IMG/VR virus record: IMGVR_UViG_3300036859_001061
Coordinates: 1 to 56,087 of that record
Direction: 5' to 3' (one strand)
Origin: a virus
Lineage: Duplodnaviria > Caudoviricetes
DNA length: 56,087 nucleotides
Shown: positions 55,961 to 56,087 of the stretch, in pieces
How positions within the stretch are numbered: the stretch's first letter is position 1
Layout: each line of letters opens with the position of its first letter
The notes under the pieces: model-generated
The model's input: only the letters and a program-made list of their open reading frames with translations
Databases searched by the model: none
What the model was told of the DNA's origin: nothing
Program-made: the position numbers and the translations under genes

Positions 55961-56087
55961 CTTATGCAGTGCACTGCATAATCGATTTAATGCGGAGTCG
56001 CGTGTTATGCGGGGCCTCCTTCAAGGAGACCCCGCCTCGGCGTTACTTTTGGGAGGTTGTACTCCGCATAACGGAGCGAGCGGCCAA
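55961..56087. mobile_element. End of a further element inserted in istB (RIT-like?)
   Basis: Perfect palindrome TTATGCAGTGCACTGCATAA at 55962-55981 and further TTATGCGG/CCGCATAA motifs. Confidence 0.45.

Overview
GC-rich window, mostly (about 1-52700) a near-complete temperate siphovirus-type prophage whose left end lies outside the window. Going left from a lambda-like cI/cro switch (about 48730-48850), minus-strand genes encode recombination, replication, RusA, ParB, terminase, portal, head, tail and lysis functions. A plus-strand arm of small genes ends in a tyrosine integrase abutting a tRNA-Arg(TCG). Beyond the tRNA are a truncated large serine recombinase, an IS21 (istA, interrupted istB) and a probable further element end. 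The main finding is a minimal phage-encoded CRISPR module inside the lytic operon. A roughly 417-aa TnpB/Cas12-like protein with an apparently dead, C-terminally truncated RuvC (33730-34983) is directly followed by a 7-repeat array (33144-33611) with a nearly fully palindromic 36-bp repeat, and no cas1/cas2 is present. The leader-proximal spacer matches this prophage 35/35 at 35267-35301, about 280 bp upstream of the effector. The trailer spacer matches 30/35 in a winged-helix gene at 32057-32091. This suggests an RNA-guided, non-cutting transcriptional regulator or competitor-silencing system. All protein assignments are motif recognition by eye; no database searches were run. Many start codons are refined from ATGA/GTGA overlaps.
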